Shown here: positions 39,758 to 48,131 of the stretch, piece after piece | How the letters are laid out: each line of letters begins with the position of its first letter | Numbering within the stretch: position 1 is the stretch's first letter | Origin: an uncultured bacterium | GTDB lineage: Bacteria; Verrucomicrobiota; Lentisphaeria; Victivallales; UBA1829 | DNA length: 64,000 nucleotides | Assembly: GCA_902778895.1 (NCBI GenBank) | Contig: CACYZF010000004.1 | Coordinates: 69,821 to 133,820 of the forward strand | Direction: 5' to 3' | Translations under genes and position numbers: made by a program | The notes under the pieces: model-generated | Told to the model about the DNA's origin: nothing | Databases searched by the model: none | The model's input: only the letters and a program-made list of their open reading frames with translations

Positions 39758-40534
39758 ATCCTCCAGAAACGCGGGCGTTTTTCCTTTCGCCAGCGTTTTG
39801 ATCTCGCGGTCGGACAAGCGGAGCAGAACGGGTTCCGGGCGCAGATGGAGTTCGCGCAGTTTCTTCGCGGCGGACCGAATCCGCAGATGCAGCTGGATTT
39901 CCCGCAGAAGAACCGCAAGCGGGATCAGCAGAAACACCGGATGCAGAGCAGCGAACGTCAGCCCGCCGAAGAACAGAACCGGTATCTCCCATCTGCGGAA
40001 CAGATTCCCGGCCAGACGGCGGAACCGTGATTTGTGAACCTGGCAGGGGAAATACTCCTCATACACCGATACGGGATACGCGATCCGCAGAGCATGGACC
40101 ATTTCGTGGGCGAGCGTTTCGGCGGCATCGTAGCCGTGGTGGCGGCTTTTATTCAGGAATGCACCGGACAGGAAGACGATAGGGATGATCTTCTCCAGGA
40201 TGAGCGTCACCCCGGCGGAAAAACGTCCGGTCTCCCCGCTGGAACAGGATACGGGAATCCAGCGGGGGCTCGCGCCGTACAGGCCGGAAACCGTCCGCTC
40301 CGCCTCCTCGCGGATGCCGCCGGGCAGCGGACGCGCATCGGCAGGCGGCTCATAATCCCATTCCGTGCACATGGCCGCCAGACGCTTCTGAAATTCTTCC
40401 GGCGATTCCTGCGGAGCGACCAGCAGCCCTTGCTCATCCAGACCGCACAACTGGTCCGCAATCGCGGGAAAGCCGTCTTCCGGGCCGTTTAAGGCCGCAT
40501 TCAGCGCTTGGATGTCCGGCAAGTCAAGTTTCAC
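39707..40534 (-). CDS. membrane protein with a HExxH zinc-metalloprotease motif
   Basis: GTG start overlaps the flp3 stop. LAHEMVHAL. C-terminal hydrophobic helices (IPVLFFGGLTFAALHPVFLLIPLAVLL). The 3' end overlaps the kinase gene by 51 nt, convergently. Confidence 0.55.
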   Translation of the reverse strand: MKLDLPDIQALNAALNGPEDGFPAIADQLCGLDEQGLLVAPQESPEEFQKRLAAMCTEWDYEPPADARPLPGGIREEAERTVSGLYGASPRWIPVSCSSGETGRFSAGVTLILEKIIPIVFLSGAFLNKSRHHGYDAAETLAHEMVHALRIAYPVSVYEEYFPCQVHKSRFRRLAGNLFRRWEIPVLFFGGLTFAALHPVFLLIPLAVLLREIQLHLRIRSAAKKLRELHLRPEPVLLRLSDREIKTLAKGKTPAFLEDSSSFRRALLFRRFPLS

Positions 40535-40725
40535 GGGATCGGCAGGGAAATGACGGTTACGATGCGCTGGTACATGGATACCACAGCCTTGCCGACCGTG
40601 CCGAACCCGCCGGAAAACAGTTTGTTGGAATAGACGGCCGCGGACGCTCCGAAAACGAGCGGAAGGATCGAACAGACGAGGAGCACGTATTCCAGCAGAA
40701 CGCCGTGTTTTTTCCGAATTCTCAT
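40531..40725 (-). CDS. flp: Flp-type prepilin 3 (divergent)
   Basis: MRIRKKHG-VLLEYVLLVCSILPLVFG. 64 aa. ATGA-coupled to the upstream FHA gene. Confidence 0.65.
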   Translation of the reverse strand: MRIRKKHGVLLEYVLLVCSILPLVFGASAAVYSNKLFSGGFGTVGKAVVSMYQRIVTVISLPIP

Positions 40726-43112
40726 AAATTCAGACTCCTGACCCAGTTGAAGATCGGATCGCCCGGGATGCCGTTTTTGATCACATAATCCTTGATCTCC
40801 ACCGCCTTCTTTTCATCCATCGGATCGTACGAGTAGACGAAGGTTTGCTGTTCCAGACGGAAATTACGCCATTCCTCGCCGAACGCCTGCATCTGCGCCG
40901 GGATTTCCGGTCCGGGCGGCGCGAAGAAGAAGTACGCGGTCTTCGCGAGGAAATACTGCCGGTTGTTCTTGTGGCGGGCAGCGATATTCAGACATGCCTG
41001 GAGAACGACTTCCCTCGTTTTCAGGATCGCCTGATAATAATCCCTTGTTTCTTCGATTTTACCATGGAGGATCCATTCGTTTTGCGGGAGATTGAGCCAG
41101 ACAAGCGCTTCGGCAACCATGCGATACATATCCTTGAGCCGAATGCACAGCGGGACATACTGGATATCAGGGATCAGGTCGGTCGCGTAAATGTTGTTTG
41201 TGGAATGGACCGTCTGTTGAAGGACCTCGTAGAAATAACGTTCTCCGAAGAGTTTTTCGTACTCCTCCGATATAACTCTTGATCCGACGGGGAAAACACT
41301 TGGAAGCGAGATCACCTGTTCGATCAAAGCCTCATTGGAGAACAGCACGATCTCTTCCGGGAGCTTGCCCAAAACCAGATTGTATGGCGCAAGCGTCTCC
41401 TGCAGACCCTGCCATTGGGTCCGGACGCGCATCTGAGCCTGAAGACGATCCTCCATGTGTTCCCGAAGTTTGAAAAGCTGTGGAATCTTGATGCATTCGT
41501 CCAAAGAAATCAGGCGTATGGTGCGAATGTCGTCCATGCGCAGGTCGAACAGCATTTGATCGTTTTCATCCAGCGCTTCGATGTTGTCCCGGATTGTCCC
41601 TATCCTGACGGACAGTTCCCGCATATAGATCCTGAGAATACCGGAAATGTTCTGATTTTCACGCTTCAGATAGTCGATAAAAGCGTCCATCTGCTTCAAA
41701 TCCCTGATAACGGACACGTTGTCCAAACTCGATTCGATCTCCTTCAGCATGGTATTGTCATGCTCCAGTTCCGTCAGCAAATGGAGAATTTCCTGATAAA
41801 GCGGTTTCAGATAGTCCGGAACCGCGCTTGTTTCGATTTCCCCGTTATGATCGAAATCTTCCGACAAGCCGTTTTTCAGTTCATCTATCAGTTTTTCCTT
41901 CACAGGCTTCATTTCTTTCCATTTTTCCTTCAGATTGGCAACTGTCGTGTCCAAAGTCGTCACCATATTGTGCATAGACACCAGGACATCCAGCAGATAC
42001 TTTTCATGTGCGACCTGATTCTGGATGACGATCGTCTCAGGATCCGCCTGATTCCATGCGTCCGGATCTTCAAGTCCAAGTTTTCCGTAACTTTCCGCCG
42101 CATGTTTCCATTTACTGTCTTTCAAATCGTTCCGGAACTCAAGAAGCGCCTTGTAGGAATTCTCATAGTTCGGGATATTGGTGGAATAATCGCGGTATTG
42201 TTTTTCATAGCGCTGGAACCCTTTGGAGTCCGGCATTTTGGTCAGAACGCGCTCAGCCGCGCCGTAATCGTTCTTCCTGAGATAAAAATCAATGACGTCG
42301 ATCACCGTTTCGGTTGCCGGAAGCGACATGTAGTAAAGCCCGAAGCAGCCCGCGGCAACGAACAGGGTCAGCACGAGAATCAAAATCTTTTTTCCGAAGT
42401 GGGTCCGTGTATGAACGACGTTCCGGTCGAGGAACGCATAATCGAAACAGGCGATGGAAATATCGTCCAAATCCATCAGCATGCGCTCCTGCCGCTTCAG
42501 TCTTTCCCCGTTGACGAACGTGCCGTTGGAACTGCTCAAATCCTTTAGCCAGGTCTCTCCGTTTTCGGCGATGCGGATCTCCGCATGGCGTCTGGAGACC
42601 ACGTCGGATTTCAGGACCAGGTCGTTGTCGGAGGCGGAACCGATCCGGAACGGACTCTTCTCCAGCCGGATTATTTCTCCGTCCTTGTCGCCGCCGTGTA
42701 CTTCCAGACGATGCACATCGCAGGGGATGCGTTCGGATTTGGACGTGATCCTGACAAAGACTTCGGAATCCCCGATGGAGGCCCGGTCGTTCTTTTTCAG
42801 GACGGCGGAGGAAACGCTTTCTCCATGGACGTGAATACGGTTGTTCTCGCACGCGGTCAGTTTCACGCCGTTCTGAACGACATGCAGTTTCGCATGGTGT
42901 TCTCCGCACGATTGGTCCGTCTCCGGTATGACCAGATCGTTATCCTGCGCCCGTCCGATGGTCAGCGTTTTGTCCGGATCGTTGATCAGGACCGTCTGAA
43001 ACAGTTTGCCGCGGCAACGGAATTCAAGAGAATAACCGACCGTCCGCCTCCGGCTCGTACGGGCGTTATCTTCCGAAGTATTCGAACTAGTTTTTGATTT
43101 TGAAAAAGCCAT
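40722..43112 (-). CDS. double-FHA, single-pass membrane protein with a large uncharacterised C-terminal region
   Basis: FHA1 is TIGRAQDNDLVIPE...HAKL...NRIHVHGE. FHA2 is FRIGSASDNDLVLKSDVVSRRHAEI...SSNGTFVNGERL. TM helix ILILVLTLFVAAGCFGLYYM. About 520 aa follow with no motif I recognise. Confidence 0.8.
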   Translation of the reverse strand: MAFSKSKTSSNTSEDNARTSRRRTVGYSLEFRCRGKLFQTVLINDPDKTLTIGRAQDNDLVIPETDQSCGEHHAKLHVVQNGVKLTACENNRIHVHGESVSSAVLKKNDRASIGDSEVFVRITSKSERIPCDVHRLEVHGGDKDGEIIRLEKSPFRIGSASDNDLVLKSDVVSRRHAEIRIAENGETWLKDLSSSNGTFVNGERLKRQERMLMDLDDISIACFDYAFLDRNVVHTRTHFGKKILILVLTLFVAAGCFGLYYMSLPATETVIDVIDFYLRKNDYGAAERVLTKMPDSKGFQRYEKQYRDYSTNIPNYENSYKALLEFRNDLKDSKWKHAAESYGKLGLEDPDAWNQADPETIVIQNQVAHEKYLLDVLVSMHNMVTTLDTTVANLKEKWKEMKPVKEKLIDELKNGLSEDFDHNGEIETSAVPDYLKPLYQEILHLLTELEHDNTMLKEIESSLDNVSVIRDLKQMDAFIDYLKRENQNISGILRIYMRELSVRIGTIRDNIEALDENDQMLFDLRMDDIRTIRLISLDECIKIPQLFKLREHMEDRLQAQMRVRTQWQGLQETLAPYNLVLGKLPEEIVLFSNEALIEQVISLPSVFPVGSRVISEEYEKLFGERYFYEVLQQTVHSTNNIYATDLIPDIQYVPLCIRLKDMYRMVAEALVWLNLPQNEWILHGKIEETRDYYQAILKTREVVLQACLNIAARHKNNRQYFLAKTAYFFFAPPGPEIPAQMQAFGEEWRNFRLEQQTFVYSYDPMDEKKAVEIKDYVIKNGIPGDPIFNWVRSLNL

Positions 43113-44590
43113 TATTCGTCAAGCGTCCAGATGTTTTGCATGATTCTGAGATGCCGATAGTCATCGGGCGACGGAAATTTTGAAAGACATATATTGACCA
43201 CATCCCTCATCATGAGCCAGTTTTCACTTTGTTCATAATGCTGGTATGCCAGACACGCCTGCGCGTACCAAAGTGCCTGCCGTTCCCGGAAATCCTGCAG
43301 AAGCCCCAGGGCGTCTTCCATCATTTCCTCATCGTTTGCCTTTCCTGCGAGGGAAAGCAGGAGAGCGAACTTCTGCTTGATCTCCGTCCAGTCGGTGATC
43401 GCGACATTGACCATCATTTTGGACAGCAGGGTGCGGTACAGTTCCGTTTTGGAAACGCCTTCCGGAATGGTCTCCGGGATTTCCCAGTAACTGTTCGCGG
43501 CATCCGGGGAAGCAACGAAACAGCCATAATTGGTCAGGACTTTTTCCGCGCGCCAGTAGTGCTGAACCGGGACTTCGCGCGTAAAAATGATCTCTTTGTC
43601 GTGGTAACGCAAATAGCTGACAAACCCCTGCCACTGGAAATCGTTGTCATTCCGTTTGTATCCCATGGTCTGATAAGGGATGCCGCAAGTCGAGATGGAA
43701 TAGAACTTGTCTTCCGGAAGCTTGAGGAATGTGAAGCCGTGATTCTCTTCCGCATCCTTCTTCCAGTCGCTGAAACTATCCTTGCGGGAAACGACAAAAC
43801 CATCGGGAACATCGTTCACCACAAGTTTCAGGTGGAACACGACATCCAGATGCTTGCCCAGCAAAGTCATCACCTCGCAGTTCGTTTCCGTTTTCTCGAC
43901 CTTTGTCTGGGAACACTCCGGATAATAGATCATGAAATTTCCCTTGGGCGGCAGCTCGATGCGGAATTCCCCGTCGTTGAAAACTCCGGTCACTTCACCC
44001 GGCCAGGTCACGGGATTTTCCAGCTCCAATTCGGAATAGAGGAAACCGCCTCCGATCACCGCAAGCAGCAGAATGACCGCAAAGGCAAACGTAAACTTCC
44101 TGCGGCTGGTCTGCTTCTGAGAAAAACGCCTCAGATCGTCAAGTTCCTCCTCGGAGGCGTAACGGGTCTTATCTTCTTTTTTTTCTCCGCTTTCCGCTCC
44201 GCCGTCGACCGTGCCGTCTTCCGTCGTCTCGTCGTCATCGGGTGAGAAAGGCGAAGACATCACCACCGGGATCGTACCGTCTTCTTCCTCGATGCTGAAA
44301 AACAGCTTCTTCCCGAGACGCACGGCCATTCCGGGCTTCAGTTCCGTCTCCATGCCGGGTTCCAGCTGTTTGTCGTCGACGAACACGGATTCGGCATAGG
44401 ATTTGAGGACAAGCGCGGAATCGGACTCCCGGACAAACAGGAATGCATGCTGAATCGCGATGTCCTCTCCGCCCGGACGGATTCCCGCCGTTTGCGATTT
44501 TCCGATCATGACCCCTTCGGCCGGCACGACGAAGGACCTGCCGGAGAGCTCGCCGCCTGTGAAGAGGATCTTGTAATATTTTGATTCCAT
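43112..44590 (-). CDS. FHA-domain single-pass membrane protein with an uncharacterised C-terminal domain
   Basis: N-terminal FHA-like domain (VMIGKSQTAGIRPGGEDIAIQHAFL...VFVDDKQL), acidic linker, TM helix FAFAVILLLAVIGGGFLY, then about 300 aa of unknown function. Confidence 0.7.
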   Translation of the reverse strand: MESKYYKILFTGGELSGRSFVVPAEGVMIGKSQTAGIRPGGEDIAIQHAFLFVRESDSALVLKSYAESVFVDDKQLEPGMETELKPGMAVRLGKKLFFSIEEEDGTIPVVMSSPFSPDDDETTEDGTVDGGAESGEKKEDKTRYASEEELDDLRRFSQKQTSRRKFTFAFAVILLLAVIGGGFLYSELELENPVTWPGEVTGVFNDGEFRIELPPKGNFMIYYPECSQTKVEKTETNCEVMTLLGKHLDVVFHLKLVVNDVPDGFVVSRKDSFSDWKKDAEENHGFTFLKLPEDKFYSISTCGIPYQTMGYKRNDNDFQWQGFVSYLRYHDKEIIFTREVPVQHYWRAEKVLTNYGCFVASPDAANSYWEIPETIPEGVSKTELYRTLLSKMMVNVAITDWTEIKQKFALLLSLAGKANDEEMMEDALGLLQDFRERQALWYAQACLAYQHYEQSENWLMMRDVVNICLSKFPSPDDYRHLRIMQNIWTLDE

Positions 44591-44604
44591 TTCGTCACCT
44601 CACC

Positions 44605-45510
44605 TCAGAACAAAGGAACGCCCGATTCTTTCATTTTCAGAAAGACCGGCGTAAGGATGATAATGAACACTGCCGGAAGGATGAAAAGCGCCATCGGAAG
44701 CAACATCAGGGACGGCGCACGCTGAGCTTTGCATTCGGCGATCGAGAACCGCAGTTTGCGCATTTCCTCGCTCTGGATATCCATCGTATCCGCCAGGGAC
44801 GCGCCGAGTTCCGTGCCCATCACCACGGCCGACGCGAACGATGTGAACTCCTTGATCTGAATCCGGTCCGCCATGTTCTGGAGCGCGGCCGTGCGGATGA
44901 CGCCGAGTTCCATTTCCCTGAGCATGGTCCGGTATTCATCCGTCAGCGGGCCTTTGACCCCCAAATTCACATAGAACCGGATCGCCGCGGTGAAATCCAG
45001 ACCGCCGCGCATCGCGGATGAAATCAGGTCGATGGAAAAAGGAATCGCCTGAAGGATTTTCGTCTTGCGTTCCTGGACCAGATTGCCAACCGCGATGCCG
45101 GGAAGGAACCAGCCGATGAACACGCCGATCAGCGCCGCGACCGGGATGGCTCCCCGCTGATCCGGAGGGACCACCATCCATGTCCCCATGGCAAACGCCG
45201 CGCCCATCGCCAAAACCAGAAAAATCCGGGCTTCATAGACGAACGCGGGAGCGAGGTCAAGGCCCGCATACTGAAGCTTTTTCCGCATTGCGCGGCATTG
45301 CGCGGGGAAGAGCTTATAGATCAGACTGCCGAACCCGAGCGCGTCCATGATGGCGACGGGTGTGGCGCAGAGCCGGAAGACCGATGGCGTTTCATCATCC
45401 TCTTCCTTCTTTTTGCGCGAGGCGGGAGTGTTGTCCGTGAAGAGAACATATCCCATGACCGGCAGAAGCACCACCAGGAACGTTATCAGATAAATGACCG
45501 TACGATTCAT
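44605..45510 (-). CDS. tadC: TadC-like platform protein (T2SS-F domain)
   Basis: AIPFSIDLISSAMRGGLDFTAAI and C-terminal TM helices typical of the T2SSF family. Confidence 0.8.
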   Translation of the reverse strand: MNRTVIYLITFLVVLLPVMGYVLFTDNTPASRKKKEEDDETPSVFRLCATPVAIMDALGFGSLIYKLFPAQCRAMRKKLQYAGLDLAPAFVYEARIFLVLAMGAAFAMGTWMVVPPDQRGAIPVAALIGVFIGWFLPGIAVGNLVQERKTKILQAIPFSIDLISSAMRGGLDFTAAIRFYVNLGVKGPLTDEYRTMLREMELGVIRTAALQNMADRIQIKEFTSFASAVVMGTELGASLADTMDIQSEEMRKLRFSIAECKAQRAPSLMLLPMALFILPAVFIIILTPVFLKMKESGVPLF

Positions 45511-45511
45511 A

Positions 45512-46408
45512 TTACACCTTCACATCCACGATTGCACGGATCACGAAGTATCCGATCGTTTCCAGCGTCAGCATGACCCCGATGGCGCACCATCCGATCA
45601 GCGTTTTCACCATCGGCATCATCAGATCGTTGTTGATGACGAACAGGAGCACGAACGCCAGAAGCGGCGCGAGAGACATGGCAAGCGCTTCGAACCGCCC
45701 CTGCGCCGTCAGCGCCTTCAGCTTCTGTTGAAACTCAATTCGGCCGCGGATCGTTTGCGTAATGCGCTGGAGGACATCCGCCAGGCTTCCGCCGGACTGC
45801 AACGTCAGACGGATCGAAATGATCAGGAGCTGAAGGTCTTCGCACGGCAGGCGGTCGTACATGCGCTGAAGCGCATCCGGCAGCTCCACGCCGAGACGGT
45901 ATTCCTTCAGCACGACGTCGAGTTCTTCTTTCAGGGTACCCTCGCTCCGGCGGGCGAAGACTTCCAGCGCCTGGGGCAAGGCCTGTCCTGCGCGCAGGCC
46001 GCTGGTCAATCCCATGGAGAGATCAAGGATGCTGCCTTCGAAGTCGAGGGCGCGTTTCTTCACTTTCCGGGAGTAATACAGGAGCGGAGCCGCGTACCCG
46101 ATGCCGAGCGCGATCAAACTGACGGGAACCAGCACATAAAACATGTAAACCTTGCAGAAAAGCAGGATCGAAACGATGACCGCCATCAGGAGAATCCCGA
46201 TGGAGAACTGGATCTGCAGCAGGACCTGGGGAGAAACGAAATACCCGATGTCGTTGCGATGTCCGCCGAGGTTCCTGTCTTTGACTTTATGGTCGAAATG
46301 CTCCATGCCGACCTGCTGGACCAGGCCGACGGACAGAAAGATCAGGAGAAACACCGCGGCGAAGACCAGCAGGTAAATCCCGTATTTGCTCAGGAATGAC
46401 GAATTCAT
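45512..46408 (-). CDS. tadB: TadB-like platform protein (T2SS-F domain)
   Basis: LDLSMGLTSGLRAGQALPQALEVFARR. N- and C-terminal TM helices. Confidence 0.8.
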   Translation of the reverse strand: MNSSFLSKYGIYLLVFAAVFLLIFLSVGLVQQVGMEHFDHKVKDRNLGGHRNDIGYFVSPQVLLQIQFSIGILLMAVIVSILLFCKVYMFYVLVPVSLIALGIGYAAPLLYYSRKVKKRALDFEGSILDLSMGLTSGLRAGQALPQALEVFARRSEGTLKEELDVVLKEYRLGVELPDALQRMYDRLPCEDLQLLIISIRLTLQSGGSLADVLQRITQTIRGRIEFQQKLKALTAQGRFEALAMSLAPLLAFVLLFVINNDLMMPMVKTLIGWCAIGVMLTLETIGYFVIRAIVDVKV

Positions 46409-46414
46409 GGTGAC

Positions 46415-48124
46415 TCAGTTCTCCGGTACGAATACGGACATGTCCAGCTGAAGGTCGCCGGACTGCCGGAGTTCATCGATGAAACGCGGGATGTTGCCGG
46501 TCGCCGTATGATGTCCGAGGACATGGAATTTTTCATCGAATCCCTCCTGCTCGAACGTGAAGATGTCCTGCATCAGGATGATGCCGTTTTCGCGGCCCGT
46601 GACCTCGCTGATCTTTACGATCTTGCGGGATCCGTCCGGCAGGCGCGTCTGCTGAACGATCAGGTGGATCGCCGATGCGATCTGTTCCCGGATCGCGGCG
46701 GACGGCAGTTCGAATCCTGCCATCATGACCATATTTTCCAGGCGGGACAGCGCGTCGCGCGGCGTATTGGCATGGCAGGTCGTCATGGAGCCGTCGTGGC
46801 CCGTGTTCATCGCCTGAAGCATATCCAGCGCTTCAGGGCCGCGGCATTCCCCGACGATGATCCGGTCGGGACGCATGCGCAGCGTGTTGATGACGAGGTC
46901 GCGGATCGTGATCCGCCCCTGTCCTTCCACGTTGGCGGGACGAGCCTCAAGGCGGCAGAGGTTCTCATGCGTAAGCTTCAGTTCTGCCGAGTCTTCGACC
47001 GTGATGATGCGTTCCTTTTCGGGGATGAACAGCGAAAGGATGTTCAGGAGCGTCGTCTTGCCGGATCCCGTGCCGCCGGAGACCAGGATATTTCTGCGGG
47101 CGCGGACCGCCTCCTTCAGAAAAAGCGTCATGGCGTGCGTCAGGCTTCCGAACTTCTCCAGGTCGTCCGAGGTCAGCTTCTTCGACGGGAATTTGCGGAT
47201 CGTGACTAGGGAACCGTCGAGCGCGAGCGGGGGAATGACCGCGTTCACGCGGGAACCGTCCTTAAGTCGGGCGTCGACCATCGGGGACGCCGCGTCGATA
47301 TGACGTCCCAGCGGCTCCACGATTCGCTGGATGATCGACTGCAGATGCGCCTCGCTATGGAATTTGGACGGAGTCCGGTACTGCAGACCTTTGCTTTCGA
47401 TGAAAATGTGCTCCGGACCGTTGATCATGATCTCGGAAATGGACGCATCGCGCAGAAGCGGGGAAAGAGGACCGAGGCCGATCAGATTGTCCATCAGCGT
47501 TTGTCTGAGCAGGTCGATGTTTACTTCCGGGGGGATTTCGTGACGGATTTCACGGAGAACCTGATCCACCGCGCTTTCCACCTGCGGACGCATGGAAGCG
47601 TTCGAAAGGTTGTTCTGCGTTTCGTTGTTCACATTGAGCAGTTCCAGAACACGTGTCTGGACACGCTTCGACAGCTGCATCATTTTTTCGGTGAAGAGGC
47701 TCTGCTGTTCCTTCTGCGCCGAATAGATGGGAAGGGTGTGTCCTGATCCGGGTATGGAATCCGGGAGCGGACCCGACGGCATCGAGGCAGAAGAGGAAGC
47801 ATTGTTCCGCAGTGAAACCGCCATGTCAGTCGCGGCTGCCCCCGAACTCGGCTGGACCATGAACTCGAAATCGGAAATGCTCAGGACGTCGCCTGCGATC
47901 AGCTCCGTCTTCTCCTTGACGGGAACGCCGTTTATCCGCGTCCCCGCGTGGCTTTCCAGGTCGCGGACGAACACCTTGCCGTCCTGTTCCGTGATCTCGG
48001 CATGGCGGCGCGACACATGCTTGTCCGGGATTCGGATGTCGGCGTCCTCGTGCCGGCCGATGATCAGACAGCAGCCGGTAGGAAGTTCGATGGAGCGTTT
48101 TTCGTTTTTGAATATAAGCTTCAT
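46415..48124 (-). CDS. cpaF: FHA-domain / CpaF (TadA) ATPase fusion
   Basis: Start trimmed to MKLIFKNEK. FHA is LIIGRHEDADIRIPDKHVSRRHAEI...HAGTRINGV. ATPase has Walker A GGTGSGKTT, IITVEDSAEL, RPDRIIVGECRGPEA and GHDGSMTTCHAN. Confidence 0.9.
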   Translation of the reverse strand: MKLIFKNEKRSIELPTGCCLIIGRHEDADIRIPDKHVSRRHAEITEQDGKVFVRDLESHAGTRINGVPVKEKTELIAGDVLSISDFEFMVQPSSGAAATDMAVSLRNNASSSASMPSGPLPDSIPGSGHTLPIYSAQKEQQSLFTEKMMQLSKRVQTRVLELLNVNNETQNNLSNASMRPQVESAVDQVLREIRHEIPPEVNIDLLRQTLMDNLIGLGPLSPLLRDASISEIMINGPEHIFIESKGLQYRTPSKFHSEAHLQSIIQRIVEPLGRHIDAASPMVDARLKDGSRVNAVIPPLALDGSLVTIRKFPSKKLTSDDLEKFGSLTHAMTLFLKEAVRARRNILVSGGTGSGKTTLLNILSLFIPEKERIITVEDSAELKLTHENLCRLEARPANVEGQGRITIRDLVINTLRMRPDRIIVGECRGPEALDMLQAMNTGHDGSMTTCHANTPRDALSRLENMVMMAGFELPSAAIREQIASAIHLIVQQTRLPDGSRKIVKISEVTGRENGIILMQDIFTFEQEGFDEKFHVLGHHTATGNIPRFIDELRQSGDLQLDMSVFVPEN

Positions 48125-48131
48125 GGACAGA

